From the IMG/VR virus record IMGVR_UViG_3300021977_000001: 64,000 nucleotides of DNA, one strand, 5' to 3'. This DNA is from a virus. The notes beneath the pieces were generated by a model. The model searched no databases. It was not told the origin of the DNA and saw nothing but the letters and a program-made list of their open reading frames with translations. A program made the translations under genes and the position numbers. Of this stretch, positions 44,965 through 54,932 are shown in pieces; within the stretch, counting starts at the first letter, position 1; every line of letters starts with the position of its first letter.

Positions 44965-45993
44965 ATGTCAAATCGTGAAACGATTAACCTTATCTCGAAA
45001 GGGAGTGGGCTTGGGAATTTGTCAGCCACGGCAACGAATGTCCATAAAGGCATTAATCATCGTGGTGTTGGGAACCCGGTTACCCAGAATACGGATAATC
45101 ACGGCCTGACGTTTTTCACACGGCCTAGATTAAATTTGTCATACGATAACTTAAGCGCTAGCCGTATACTTGCCCCACTCCTTACTCAATCAGAGTTAAC
45201 GCAACAACGTTTGATACGTGTTTTATTAGATCCTGATGGTGCTAAAGCACCGCGTTCAGTACAGTCACCTGGGCTAGTGGATGACCGAAGTGCGTTCATA
45301 CCCATGTTAACTAATAATCTATTATCCATCAGTGGTTGGCCTGATGTGGATGTTGACACCTATACATCGCAAGAAGGTATCGCAAAAGAAAGCTGGTCAA
45401 TGATTGACGACATACCGCGTAATTATGGTACGTTTTCATTGACGGCAAACTTTCGTAACATCATAGGTGATCCGATCTCTGCATTGTTTTACGCCTGGAC
45501 TCATTATGCAATGGCGGTAGGTCGAGGTGAGTTAGTGCCTTATCCAGAGATGATTGTTGAAAACGAAATAGACTACATGACGCGTATCTATCGCTTAGTC
45601 TTGGATCCAACAAGAACCTATGTTCAAAAAATAGCAAACTGTGGCGCTGCATTTCCAACCGCCGTCCCTATGGGAGCAGCCTTTAACTATACATCGGATA
45701 GTCCACTTGCTAACGATAATGAACAAATATCGATACCCTTCCAATGTATAGGGGTGGAGTATAATGACCCTATCAGCATTCAGGAATTTAACGATACCGT
45801 AATGTATTTTAATCCTGAAATGGGAGATAGCAGTAGAACACAGCTCTTTACTAAATTAAGTAAATCGGAGCTAGCACTATTTAACTACCAGGGCTATCCT
45901 CGTATTGCTGAAGATAATGAATTAGAGTGGTGGGTAAGTAATGATGTTTATCAACTTACCGTCAACGAACAAGTTAATTTACTAGGAGTGTAA
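44965..45993 (+). CDS. Virion structural protein (baseplate, possibly tube-like fold)
   Basis: 342 aa; GLTFFTRPRLNLSYDN, F.N..GDPI and DY.TRIYRLVLD segments; upstream of the large wedge gene. Confidence 0.65.
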   Translation: MSNRETINLISKGSGLGNLSATATNVHKGINHRGVGNPVTQNTDNHGLTFFTRPRLNLSYDNLSASRILAPLLTQSELTQQRLIRVLLDPDGAKAPRSVQSPGLVDDRSAFIPMLTNNLLSISGWPDVDVDTYTSQEGIAKESWSMIDDIPRNYGTFSLTANFRNIIGDPISALFYAWTHYAMAVGRGELVPYPEMIVENEIDYMTRIYRLVLDPTRTYVQKIANCGAAFPTAVPMGAAFNYTSDSPLANDNEQISIPFQCIGVEYNDPISIQEFNDTVMYFNPEMGDSSRTQLFTKLSKSELALFNYQGYPRIAEDNELEWWVSNDVYQLTVNEQVNLLGV

Positions 45994-45996
45994 TGC

Positions 45997-48888
45997 ATGA
46001 GCACGTTAAACGACGCCATGACGAAGTTAGGTCTGTTTCGATTCGATCCAGGCAATATACAGCGTACTGCTTTGGATGCGCTAGAAGAAGCTTACGAGGG
46101 CGCTTATGATCTTACTGATCCAACGAATCCGTTTATATTCCTACTAGAAGCCTCTGCCGTTCAAGCAGCCTCTGCAGGTATCCAAAACGACATTGCTTTG
46201 CGTAAGCTTTACCCTACGTTAGCCGAAAGTGAAGAAGACCTATACCGACACATGGCGGATGAAGATTACATTGGTCGCTTTGCGTTACCGTCTACGGCAA
46301 CCTTTAGCCTGCTGTTCTCTAAAGAAGAACTTATTGCCCAGGCGGTAGCGACAGGCAATGCTGGTGTAAGATTGATTACCATACCGCGCAATACGGTATT
46401 TGTAGTGTCTGAAACCTACTTCGGCATACACTATCCGATTAATATCCGGGTATTGGAAAATGACGCCATACAGGTACTTTACGATACGTCGTTGGAATCG
46501 CCTTTAGAGACGTTGGCGACTAACGTGGTAGATCATGAGACCGTAACCATTGAGGGGTTTGACTATCTACGTATTAATGTCGACGTTGCGCAATTTAAAC
46601 TAACGCCCAAGTACTTTGCAACGACCGTGTCGACCAGCTTAACGCAGCAGTTTACATTCACTAATCAGTTTTACTACGCGCGTGTGTGGATGGGAGATGG
46701 TCAGGGTAACTATACTGAAATACACACTACGCATTCTGATCAGGTTTTTGCTAGCGATAGCGTGACCGCATTACTACGGGTAGCTGACCAGACGCTAACT
46801 GTGACAATTCCTGAGATCTACTACACTAATGGTTTACTACAGTCTAACATACGTGTAGATATCTATACCACGTTAGGTGAGCTAGATCTTATATTAGGCA
46901 ATTATCCAACATCAGAATATGCCGTTGAATGGCGAGATATTGATAATGTTGCTAACGCGCCATGGGTAGCACCTCTAGGGTCTTTGTCTAATGTGTCTAT
47001 ATTTTCAGAAGACACTACCCGCAATGGTCGTGGTGGTTTAACAGTGGATGAACTTAAGCAACGCGTTATCTATAACGATAATCGTCAAGATGTACCCATC
47101 ACAGATACTGCCCTATCCACCACGTTAAGCGATTTAGGGTACAAGGTAGTTAAACGCTTAGATAATGTCACCGATAGAATCTATCAAGCGACCAGACTAT
47201 TGCCTTCGCCTAACTTAAGTACGCTGACGTCACCTATTGGCGCGTTAACACGTACGATACAAGTAAACATGGGTGAACTGGCTACTCTAAACACATGCTA
47301 CGATAATGGTCTACGGCTAACCATTGGTCCTAATACACTTTATCGATTAGAAGATGGGTTATTAAAATATCTACCTTCCGATGAGCAAGCGGTGTATGAG
47401 AGTTTAGCGGCGGATTCATTAATCTCTGCTATGAACAATAATACGTTCTTATACACGCCATTTCACTATGTATTAGATACAACTGAGAATGCATTTGATT
47501 GTAGACCGTACTATCTAGATAACCCTAGCATTGTTACACGTCGCTTCTATGAGGATAATAACCTTATAACGCAACAGGCTTCAACATCAGCGTTGTCGTT
47601 TGAACGTGTAGAATCAGGTTATCGATTATTGGTAACGGTAGAGACTAAAGACCTAGGAGATGATGTTGATATTAGTCAACTTATTGTACAGCTAGGCTTT
47701 AACCCGCCCGGTGATGTCAATTTAAGCGTACAGCATGGCGAGTTTATCGGTTACAGTGATGATCTTCCTGTATATAGCTTCATGATTACAACTAACTTTG
47801 ATGTTACTGTCGAAGATAGAATAGCCATGACAGGTTTTAAACAGTACCATGAAGATCTTCAAGTTTACTATATTGACCTAGAATCAGAGTTGACGTTAAC
47901 TTATATTCTTACTGATACTGATGCGACCACTCAAGAAGTCAACGCCTTTAAAGGACAGATCAACGCTAACTTGATTGACGGCGGATATGTCGGTCTTCTA
48001 CAAGAAGGTATTACCTTTAAGTTTGGTACAGCGATGTCTCTTTTACGGTCTGACTCTCGCTCCATCGTGTCGTCGCTTAAATACGCCACCTATGACGAGC
48101 CTGTTTACGTTACCTACGCTGATGACGTATATGAGACTGATGCATATGGTGCACGGACTTATGAGGTAGATGATGAAGGTAACGTGACCTTTAATAAACT
48201 CCACAGCAAAGGTGATTTGGTACTGAAAGATGACGAGCCTATCGTAAGACATCAAGCAGGTGAAACCATTTTAGATAATAATGGCAACCCGATCATTGCC
48301 AATGAGCGCACCATTAATAATGTAATAACGCTTGTGTGTTTTGACGCTAAGTACCGGTATGCAACATCCGATGATGTAGTTAATTATCGTAAGAGTATTC
48401 CTGATACTATCATTGAGTATCTAGAAGAAGACATTGCAAGTCTTGATGGTCTTTTATTAGAACGTACAGACATTAGCTTTGCACCTCGTCAGACGTTGGG
48501 TGATTTGACCATTACCGTTAGTGATAACATTAGTCAGACCATACCGGCCGCTCAGGCATTTGTGGTGACTTACTACATGACCGCTGATGGTAATGGAGAT
48601 AATGATCTGCGTAACGCCATAGAACGTCAGACACGTACGTTAATAGCGGAGGCGCTGGATAGCGATACTGTTACCACACTAGGTATAGAGCGTGCGTTGC
48701 TAACCGCTGGCGGAAGTGAGGTAGTCTCAGTGTCTATTGATGGACTAGGACCTGATAACAACATCGACGCTTATACGGTATTAGATGCTAATGGCGTTAG
48801 CACCATTGCTAATCGATTGTCATTATCTACGGATGGTACATTAACAGTAGTGGACGATATCACTATTAACTTTATCTTACACCAATAA
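45997..48888 (+). CDS. Large baseplate wedge-like virion protein
   Basis: 963 aa; DPTNPF.FLLEAS, LYP.LA...EDLYRHM.D, YTT.G.L and YTPFHYVLD segments. Confidence 0.7.
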   Translation: MSTLNDAMTKLGLFRFDPGNIQRTALDALEEAYEGAYDLTDPTNPFIFLLEASAVQAASAGIQNDIALRKLYPTLAESEEDLYRHMADEDYIGRFALPSTATFSLLFSKEELIAQAVATGNAGVRLITIPRNTVFVVSETYFGIHYPINIRVLENDAIQVLYDTSLESPLETLATNVVDHETVTIEGFDYLRINVDVAQFKLTPKYFATTVSTSLTQQFTFTNQFYYARVWMGDGQGNYTEIHTTHSDQVFASDSVTALLRVADQTLTVTIPEIYYTNGLLQSNIRVDIYTTLGELDLILGNYPTSEYAVEWRDIDNVANAPWVAPLGSLSNVSIFSEDTTRNGRGGLTVDELKQRVIYNDNRQDVPITDTALSTTLSDLGYKVVKRLDNVTDRIYQATRLLPSPNLSTLTSPIGALTRTIQVNMGELATLNTCYDNGLRLTIGPNTLYRLEDGLLKYLPSDEQAVYESLAADSLISAMNNNTFLYTPFHYVLDTTENAFDCRPYYLDNPSIVTRRFYEDNNLITQQASTSALSFERVESGYRLLVTVETKDLGDDVDISQLIVQLGFNPPGDVNLSVQHGEFIGYSDDLPVYSFMITTNFDVTVEDRIAMTGFKQYHEDLQVYYIDLESELTLTYILTDTDATTQEVNAFKGQINANLIDGGYVGLLQEGITFKFGTAMSLLRSDSRSIVSSLKYATYDEPVYVTYADDVYETDAYGARTYEVDDEGNVTFNKLHSKGDLVLKDDEPIVRHQAGETILDNNGNPIIANERTINNVITLVCFDAKYRYATSDDVVNYRKSIPDTIIEYLEEDIASLDGLLLERTDISFAPRQTLGDLTITVSDNISQTIPAAQAFVVTYYMTADGNGDNDLRNAIERQTRTLIAEALDSDTVTTLGIERALLTAGGSEVVSVSIDGLGPDNNIDAYTVLDANGVSTIANRLSLSTDGTLTVVDDITINFILHQ

Positions 48889-48889
48889 A

Positions 48890-48942
48890 ACGGCATAAGC
48901 TAACCACCCGGCCTCACGGCTAGGTGGTTAGGCTTTTATGCG
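48890..48942. repeat. 53-bp bidirectional terminator element, copy 2
   Basis: acggcataagctaaccacccggcctcacggctaggtggttaggcttttatgcg; exact reverse complement of 21407..21459. Confidence 0.9.
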
Positions 48943-50207
48943 TCAAGCTCGTAAAGTTCTTTAACGGTCAGTAGTTCACCGTAGAGTTTACTTTCAAACT
49001 GTTGCTGCGCATGGCTAAAGCGCGCAAGGGCGTTGATGACAATCGCGCATGAGGTCATGATCTGCGTATTAAAACGGCTACGGTTCTTGAAATATTCAAG
49101 GTATTCATTAACTACCGTCTGTACGCGCTCACGTACCTCAGGTTCCCATCCTTTATCTGTCAAAGTAAATGAGGTTTTCTTAAACCCATTAATACCTTTG
49201 TCCAGTTTCTTGATCTGTTTATCAAGTTCTTTAATTGCATCTAGCTGACTCATGTCGTAACGACTTCTCACTAGACGCTTAAAGATAGGATCAGTATTAG
49301 CATCCCCATCATAACGCTCTTTATCCGCTTGATTGAGTAGTGCGATCAGCGAACCTAACCCATGACCCACTAAGTTAGGTAAGTCGTCCTGAATCTGATC
49401 ACCATGGTCGACTAAGCTAGCAATAGGTTTAATGTCGTGATGGTGTTCGCGCATCTCTTCAGTACGCATCCATTTAACCAGCGGCTGAAGCGTATCGTTA
49501 GTAGGCGAGGTGTTAAACTCTTTAACTAAATCAACAAACTCTTCATAAATCGCGTTAGTCGCTCTTGCGTCTCTAAGTGCCGCCATTACGTTTTGTTGAA
49601 GCACGCCAGGAGTGATGTTACGATCAAAGACAGCGACGACTAGTGGCGATAGCGCATCCTTAATTAACCCATAATGAAGCGTAAGGGTATAGTCTCCGTC
49701 TTTAAGCTCAACACGGTCATTTAACGTATAGCTACCATCGTCAGGATTATAATCCTTAATAGCACTACCGTCTAGATCAGCAGCAACTTCATTATTTTTA
49801 GCTTCTTGCTCTTCAGCACGCTTTTGACCTTGAGCAACACGTTTAACTTTATCAAACAGATTACTAATCGCATCCATGATAGAACGATAAAGCTTTACAA
49901 TAAACTCAATTACAGCCTTAGATGCATTATGGATAGCTTTTAAAACCGCCTGTACGGCACTCTCAGCAGCTATTGTTAAATTCGTAGGCGTTGGGTCCTG
50001 TGTAAAGCTTTCTCTAGGATAACGGGCAGGTAGCGCCTCAGGATCAATAGACTCGATCATGATAGCTAGCTCTTGAGACGCGCCTTCTTTGTTTAAACGC
50101 GCTGTAATCTCTTTAAGTAAGCTAATCCCTTCTACCGCGTGTTGGGTAAGGGTGTTAGTATGGCGCTCATCGTCCATCAGAGCTTGATCGTCGAAGGGAA
50201 TTAACAT
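48936..50207 (-). CDS. Inner head / ejection protein paralog
   Basis: 423 aa; AVEG and F...P...NL.IAAES followed by an amphipathic helix. Confidence 0.7.
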   Translation of the reverse strand: MLIPFDDQALMDDERHTNTLTQHAVEGISLLKEITARLNKEGASQELAIMIESIDPEALPARYPRESFTQDPTPTNLTIAAESAVQAVLKAIHNASKAVIEFIVKLYRSIMDAISNLFDKVKRVAQGQKRAEEQEAKNNEVAADLDGSAIKDYNPDDGSYTLNDRVELKDGDYTLTLHYGLIKDALSPLVVAVFDRNITPGVLQQNVMAALRDARATNAIYEEFVDLVKEFNTSPTNDTLQPLVKWMRTEEMREHHHDIKPIASLVDHGDQIQDDLPNLVGHGLGSLIALLNQADKERYDGDANTDPIFKRLVRSRYDMSQLDAIKELDKQIKKLDKGINGFKKTSFTLTDKGWEPEVRERVQTVVNEYLEYFKNRSRFNTQIMTSCAIVINALARFSHAQQQFESKLYGELLTVKELYELDA

Positions 50208-50210
50208 AAC

Positions 50211-50651
50211 TTACTCCGGTTGTGTAAACGTGTCGAGAGTCTTGCTAAATTGCGTGGCAAAGACGTTCCACTTCTCTTTGTACTCAACGTTACTAAATGA
50301 CTTGCTATCACTCATGGATAGCAGAGACTCAATAGATAGAGCAGATGGTACGTGTACTAGTTTATAACGCGTTGACCATAGCTTAAACGCTAAATCCATA
50401 GCCGCTGTAACATCGACAACAAACTGCTCGTTAACTGATGATAGAAACGCATTCACTTCTTCTTGGTAGTTTTCTAAGAAGAAAGTACGTACGTTGTGTA
50501 CTTCGCTTGTTGGGAGCGGACACGCGTACGCGATATGACGTGCTAGAGCTAGACTTACTGCCGCTTTTCTGTCCTGAGGTAGGATAGAACAACGATTAAA
50601 TAACTGCGTAAAGGCACCTACTAGCATCGCAGTCTTTTTAAGTTGTTTCAT
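50211..50651 (-). CDS. Virion head-associated protein
   Basis: Start at MKQLKK (AAGGA RBS); C-terminal LSIES site; synteny. Confidence 0.65.
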   Translation of the reverse strand: MKQLKKTAMLVGAFTQLFNRCSILPQDRKAAVSLALARHIAYACPLPTSEVHNVRTFFLENYQEEVNAFLSSVNEQFVVDVTAAMDLAFKLWSTRYKLVHVPSALSIESLLSMSDSKSFSNVEYKEKWNVFATQFSKTLDTFTQPE

Positions 50652-50661
50652 GGTTGTTTCC

Positions 50662-51948
50662 TTAAAGTTTAAATTGTTCAAGTTCTGTGGCTTTTAAATA
50701 AAGATCGTTAGCCAACATGGTCTCAATGTCTTGTTGGAAAGACTTAGAGCGGTCAGCACGACGTCTACTTGGAATAAGGTGATTAAATACAAACGCCATC
50801 ATGCTTGTATGTTCAGACAAGTTGCTAACAATAGCATCTATCTGCTTAATGTCTGCTACTGTGGATGTACGTTGGCTATCAGAAATGCCAGGCTGTTTTA
50901 ACCCGTCAATAAGTTGATGACGAATACGTTTAAAACGTTGAGGTAACTCATCGTATTCTTCAACTTCAAAGAGAGTAAAGAATACCTTTAAAATACCAAA
51001 ACCAGTCAACACACCCACACCGATTGGTGATAGTAAGCTAGCACCTACTAGGCTACCCCATAATACCAGCTTTATACCGACCATGGTCATCGTTGATAGA
51101 TGGGCTGGGTTACCAGTAACGCGAGCAATTCTATCTAGTCCCGTCACTAGCTCTAGAGCAAGGCCGTGCCGCGCTGCAAACTGATCAGCTAGAGATTCTG
51201 CACCTACCGTGTCGTACGCGCTAAACCCTAACTCGCTACGTGTATAATCGTCTTGCTTCTTATACAAAGTAACGGCCACTGCACGTCTATCTGCAATATC
51301 AGCTAGTTCGTCAATATCGCCTAGGTCGACACCGGTTCTATCTTGCGTGTCTTTAAGGATGCGTATTTTATCTTTACGGTCCTTTGCCTCCGACAACTGC
51401 TCTACAGTACCACGTATAATGTAGTTAGCTGACGCTTGACGGGTCATCATTTCAAAATACGTAAACACGTGGCCAACTTCGTGAAGAATGATAGCAACTA
51501 TTTCTTCACTGGAAAACGTTACAGTAGGATGACGCAGTAACTGATCACCTATACCAAGGGTCTGTTTTACTTCCGTAAACACACCGTCTACCTTACCCTT
51601 TCTAAGGTCGATGGTGCCGTCTAATGGCTTGTCTGCAGCGTTGATTAGATCAACGCCTTTCTTAGACATCCATGGTCCCTTTCGCCACTGGTTGACGATA
51701 GGGTTACTCGCTGTAAGGGCAGGCAGTTCAACCACCGCACCCATGCCTTTAAATAACCTAACGGTTAGAGAGATGCCCGTGTGTTGTTTAATGGTTGCAG
51801 CCATTTCATCTAAAAGTTCGCCATTTGCAGGTTCTTTTAAAGATTTAAGCTGACTCACTTTAGAGACTAACGCCGCTTTTAACACGCCGTTGAACTGATG
51901 ATCAATCGCCTCGGTAGAGGCAGTGAAGTAATGGGGTAAGCGGTTCAT
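50662..51948 (-). CDS. Virion head protein with a Zn-metallopeptidase motif and hydrophobic hairpin
   Basis: ASTEA site near the N-terminus; IILHEVGHVF (HExxH); E.LADQFA.RHG; hydrophobic MVGIKLVLWGSLVGASLLSPIGVGVLTGFGILKVFF. Confidence 0.7.
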   Translation of the reverse strand: MNRLPHYFTASTEAIDHQFNGVLKAALVSKVSQLKSLKEPANGELLDEMAATIKQHTGISLTVRLFKGMGAVVELPALTASNPIVNQWRKGPWMSKKGVDLINAADKPLDGTIDLRKGKVDGVFTEVKQTLGIGDQLLRHPTVTFSSEEIVAIILHEVGHVFTYFEMMTRQASANYIIRGTVEQLSEAKDRKDKIRILKDTQDRTGVDLGDIDELADIADRRAVAVTLYKKQDDYTRSELGFSAYDTVGAESLADQFAARHGLALELVTGLDRIARVTGNPAHLSTMTMVGIKLVLWGSLVGASLLSPIGVGVLTGFGILKVFFTLFEVEEYDELPQRFKRIRHQLIDGLKQPGISDSQRTSTVADIKQIDAIVSNLSEHTSMMAFVFNHLIPSRRRADRSKSFQQDIETMLANDLYLKATELEQFKL

Positions 51949-52027
51949 TATATTCTACTCTATAATAGATGTGGATTTATACGTATCATAGAAATAGTAT
52001 AGCCGTGTTAATTAAGGAGCCTTACTA

Positions 52028-53941
52028 ATGGCCATTAATCCAGATGAAATTGCAGGTATTGAGTGCATTCATGCTAACTATTTTGTTAATCAGAACACTA
52101 AAAAAGATGACCTTGTATTGGTTAAAGAACGTGTGCATTTAAAAGACGGTTCTACTGTATCACGTATGGTGCCTAAGATTAATGTAAAGAAATCATTTTA
52201 CATTACACGTGAAGGCCATCAGAACCATCACGAGAAAAAAGAATGGGAAGATAGAAACAAAGTACAGCGTTATCAGTCTACTCAGGTGCTGTTAGCTGAC
52301 AACGTAGCCCGTGCCTTAGGGCAGACGCCTGGGTTTATGCGTTTAGGTATGCTAAACCGTAATCCTTACGTATACGGTACCGACATCATGCCTACGGTGT
52401 TAGTTAAACACAAATACATAAAAGACTATCCAGACTATAACGATGCGCGTTATGATGCAGATAATGCGGTACTGGATTTAGAGACTAATACCGTTTTTGA
52501 ACACCTACATCCAGACGACCAGGCGATGTGTCGTAAGTTTGACGATAAGATAGGCGATGTCCAGCGACGCATGGACTTCATGCGTCTACAACAGGAAGAG
52601 GCCAATCAGAAACCTGACGGTAAGAAAGCGGCTAAACGCATTGCAGAACAGCTAAAGCTTGCAAGGGAAGAAGTAGTACAGCTACAGGCGGAACGTAAAC
52701 CGTACGAGCAACCTATTATCTCTGGTTCGTTAACCATGAAAGATAAAGTCTTTATTGCTGTAACTAAACGTTTCGCACAGCGTATACAGGGCAAGGCGGT
52801 ACCGGTCGTTGAGGGGCTATTTGATCTTTATCTGAGCAAATATAAAGAAGAAAGAAACATTACTTTAGAGGTGGAGATAGTTGAAAACGACTTTGAAGTA
52901 ACTCGCGCTTTACTTCAACGCGCTCATGCGTGGAGACCAGATTTCATTCTAATTTGGAATATGAACTTTGATATTCCAAAGATGATAGAGTCATGCAAGC
53001 GCCATAATGAAGATCCTGCTTACGTATTTAGCGACCCTAAAATACCGCCTGAGTATAAGTATTTTAAATATAAAGAAGGGCAATTACAGAAGACTAAGGC
53101 AGATGGCAAAACGTACTCCCAACACGTTGCCGACCTATGGCATACGGTCATAGCGCCTGCTAGCTTCTACTTTATTGACTCTATGTGTTTGTATAAGAAA
53201 CTACGTGTAACGGAAGCACAGCAACCATCCTATAGCTTAGATGCTATTTTAGGTAGGCACTTAAATCTATCTAAATTAAAGTTTGAGGAAGCTGACGCTT
53301 ATAAAGGGTTAGAATGGCATCAGTTCATGCAGACTAACTACCCTGCTGAATACCTTATCTATAACGCTTTTGACTGCATAGCGGTTGAACTATTAGATGA
53401 AGATCAGACAGACATTAAGAAGATGCGTATCTTGTTAGGTCACTCAGACCTTATCAAGTTCCCCTCTACACCAAGACGTCTTGCAGATGACTTACATTTC
53501 GTCTGCGAGGAAGAAGAAGGTAAGGTGATGGGGTCGACTAGTGATCAGATGGTCGCAGATGAAGATGAATTGCTTCCTTCTCTACAGGGGTGGATTTGTA
53601 CCCTACCTAGCCATCTAATCCACAAGCGTGGTTTAAATCTATTAGAAGAAGATCCTAATGTAGAAACCGGTCTATCGGTAGCGGTGAGCGATCTAGACGT
53701 TGCGGCGGGTTATCCAAACATCGGTATTATCACTAACGCCTCTAGAGAGACAACAATTCTTGAATTCTGCCGTATACAGAATAAGAGTGATGATGTCTAC
53801 AGACGCGCTGCGTTAAACCTCACAGCAGCACAGACCAATGCGGTAGAAGTGTGTAGGGATATTCTCTCCATGCCGGATATGAACACGTTGTTAAAGGAGT
53901 TTACTAAAGAACACAACATCGATCATCCTGTAAACAGTTAA
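52028..53941 (+). CDS. Split family-B DNA polymerase, exonuclease plus motif-A part (phiKZ gp82-like)
   Basis: ExoI LDLET, ExoII IWNMNFDIP, ExoIII YNAFDC and PolB motif A DLDVAAGYPN. Motifs B and C are absent, as known for the split polymerase of these phages. Confidence 0.85.
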   Translation: MAINPDEIAGIECIHANYFVNQNTKKDDLVLVKERVHLKDGSTVSRMVPKINVKKSFYITREGHQNHHEKKEWEDRNKVQRYQSTQVLLADNVARALGQTPGFMRLGMLNRNPYVYGTDIMPTVLVKHKYIKDYPDYNDARYDADNAVLDLETNTVFEHLHPDDQAMCRKFDDKIGDVQRRMDFMRLQQEEANQKPDGKKAAKRIAEQLKLAREEVVQLQAERKPYEQPIISGSLTMKDKVFIAVTKRFAQRIQGKAVPVVEGLFDLYLSKYKEERNITLEVEIVENDFEVTRALLQRAHAWRPDFILIWNMNFDIPKMIESCKRHNEDPAYVFSDPKIPPEYKYFKYKEGQLQKTKADGKTYSQHVADLWHTVIAPASFYFIDSMCLYKKLRVTEAQQPSYSLDAILGRHLNLSKLKFEEADAYKGLEWHQFMQTNYPAEYLIYNAFDCIAVELLDEDQTDIKKMRILLGHSDLIKFPSTPRRLADDLHFVCEEEEGKVMGSTSDQMVADEDELLPSLQGWICTLPSHLIHKRGLNLLEEDPNVETGLSVAVSDLDVAAGYPNIGIITNASRETTILEFCRIQNKSDDVYRRAALNLTAAQTNAVEVCRDILSMPDMNTLLKEFTKEHNIDHPVNS

Positions 53942-53952
53942 AAAAAGAAAGA

Positions 53953-54000
53953 CAGCATAACCCTCCCTACCCATTACAGGTAGGGAGGGTGGTGTTATGC
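53953..54000. terminator. Bidirectional hairpin with TATGC tails
   Basis: cagcataa-CCCTCCCTACC-cattaca-GGTAGGGAGGG-...ttatgc between convergent genes. Confidence 0.75.
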
Positions 54001-54255
54001 GTTTAGGTTCTTTTCAATAGACCTAAAGATAGACTCTTCCATCCACGTAGGAACAACAAAGAACACGGGATTACCGAATAGTTTAGGATAACCTACACCA
54101 TCTGTACCGTTCCACCGTACGCCCATCGTTGAACGCCAAGTACCATCGTCATGACGATACTCACCTTTCACAACACTAAAGTTACCATCATCGAAAGCGA
54201 CCTCAGTATTCTTCCAACGTTTAGCTTTTGTTACTACATCAATTGCGTTTGGCAT
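53995..54255 (-). CDS. Hypothetical protein
   Basis: 86 aa; GAGGA RBS; MGVRWNG...GYP motif. Confidence 0.7.
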   Translation of the reverse strand: MPNAIDVVTKAKRWKNTEVAFDDGNFSVVKGEYRHDDGTWRSTMGVRWNGTDGVGYPKLFGNPVFFVVPTWMEESIFRSIEKNLNA

Positions 54256-54322
54256 ATTATAGATTCCTCAAATATATACACAACGTTAATTAAAGATAGA
54301 TGAATGCCCATCTATCCGTTTA

Positions 54323-54769
54323 TCATACCACCTCACCATTACCTAGTGAGATAGCTTTAACACCCTGGGTTATTTCTACAGGGGTTACATTTCTAAGCGC
54401 GTTAGATAGGTTATTAACCATTGCTAGGCAGGCCTGGCTTTGACCTATCCCCTCATCGCTGTATCTTACAATGTCAGTAATGAGTTGTTTTTCCATTACT
54501 GCCATATAAAAGGTACGTTCTTTAACAGTACCCGGCTGCTCACCTAGTTCAATAAGACCGCGACGTAAGGTGTTTAAATGCTCGTCAAAGAACACCATAG
54601 CTAGGGAACCATACGGGTGACCTATACTTTGGAATATGGATTTTAACCCATCAAGACGCGTATGGACCATAGAGTGGATATCTCCAGCGTCGATTAAAGC
54701 TTGACCTATGTTATACTTAACCCAGTAATTATTGTGGTATTGGCTAAGGAGTTTTAGTTTATTATTCAT
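54323..54769 (-). CDS. Hypothetical protein, probably early-expressed
   Basis: Start set at MNNKLK; TATATTAC upstream. Confidence 0.65.
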   Translation of the reverse strand: MNNKLKLLSQYHNNYWVKYNIGQALIDAGDIHSMVHTRLDGLKSIFQSIGHPYGSLAMVFFDEHLNTLRRGLIELGEQPGTVKERTFYMAVMEKQLITDIVRYSDEGIGQSQACLAMVNNLSNALRNVTPVEITQGVKAISLGNGEVV

Positions 54770-54829
54770 TGGCTTATTCTCTTTTATATTAATAATAGCG
54801 CAGCTCAATAAGGGCATTGAGTCACAATA

Positions 54830-54837
54830 GTAATATA
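54830..54837 (-). promoter_or_regulatory. phiKZ-type early promoter (TATATTAC)
   Basis: Exact match, about 30 nt after a terminator. Confidence 0.65.
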
Positions 54838-54865
54838 GGTCTATAAACTTTTACCTTGATCTTGA

Positions 54866-54905
54866 CGGCATAAAACCAGCCTCTACCTGGAGGGATAGAG
54901 GCTGG
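54866..54905 (-). terminator. Hairpin followed by TTTTATGCCG
   Basis: CCAGCCTCTA...TAGAGGCTGG stem. Confidence 0.78.
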
Positions 54906-54932
54906 AGTGGGGCGCTGATTGCAGAAAGCTAA

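Noticed and set aside
19851-53941. Introns or inteins in helicase, thyA, RNAP or polymerase genes
   Set aside because: The frames are continuous and of expected size; no LAGLIDADG, HNH or C...HN intein signatures were seen.
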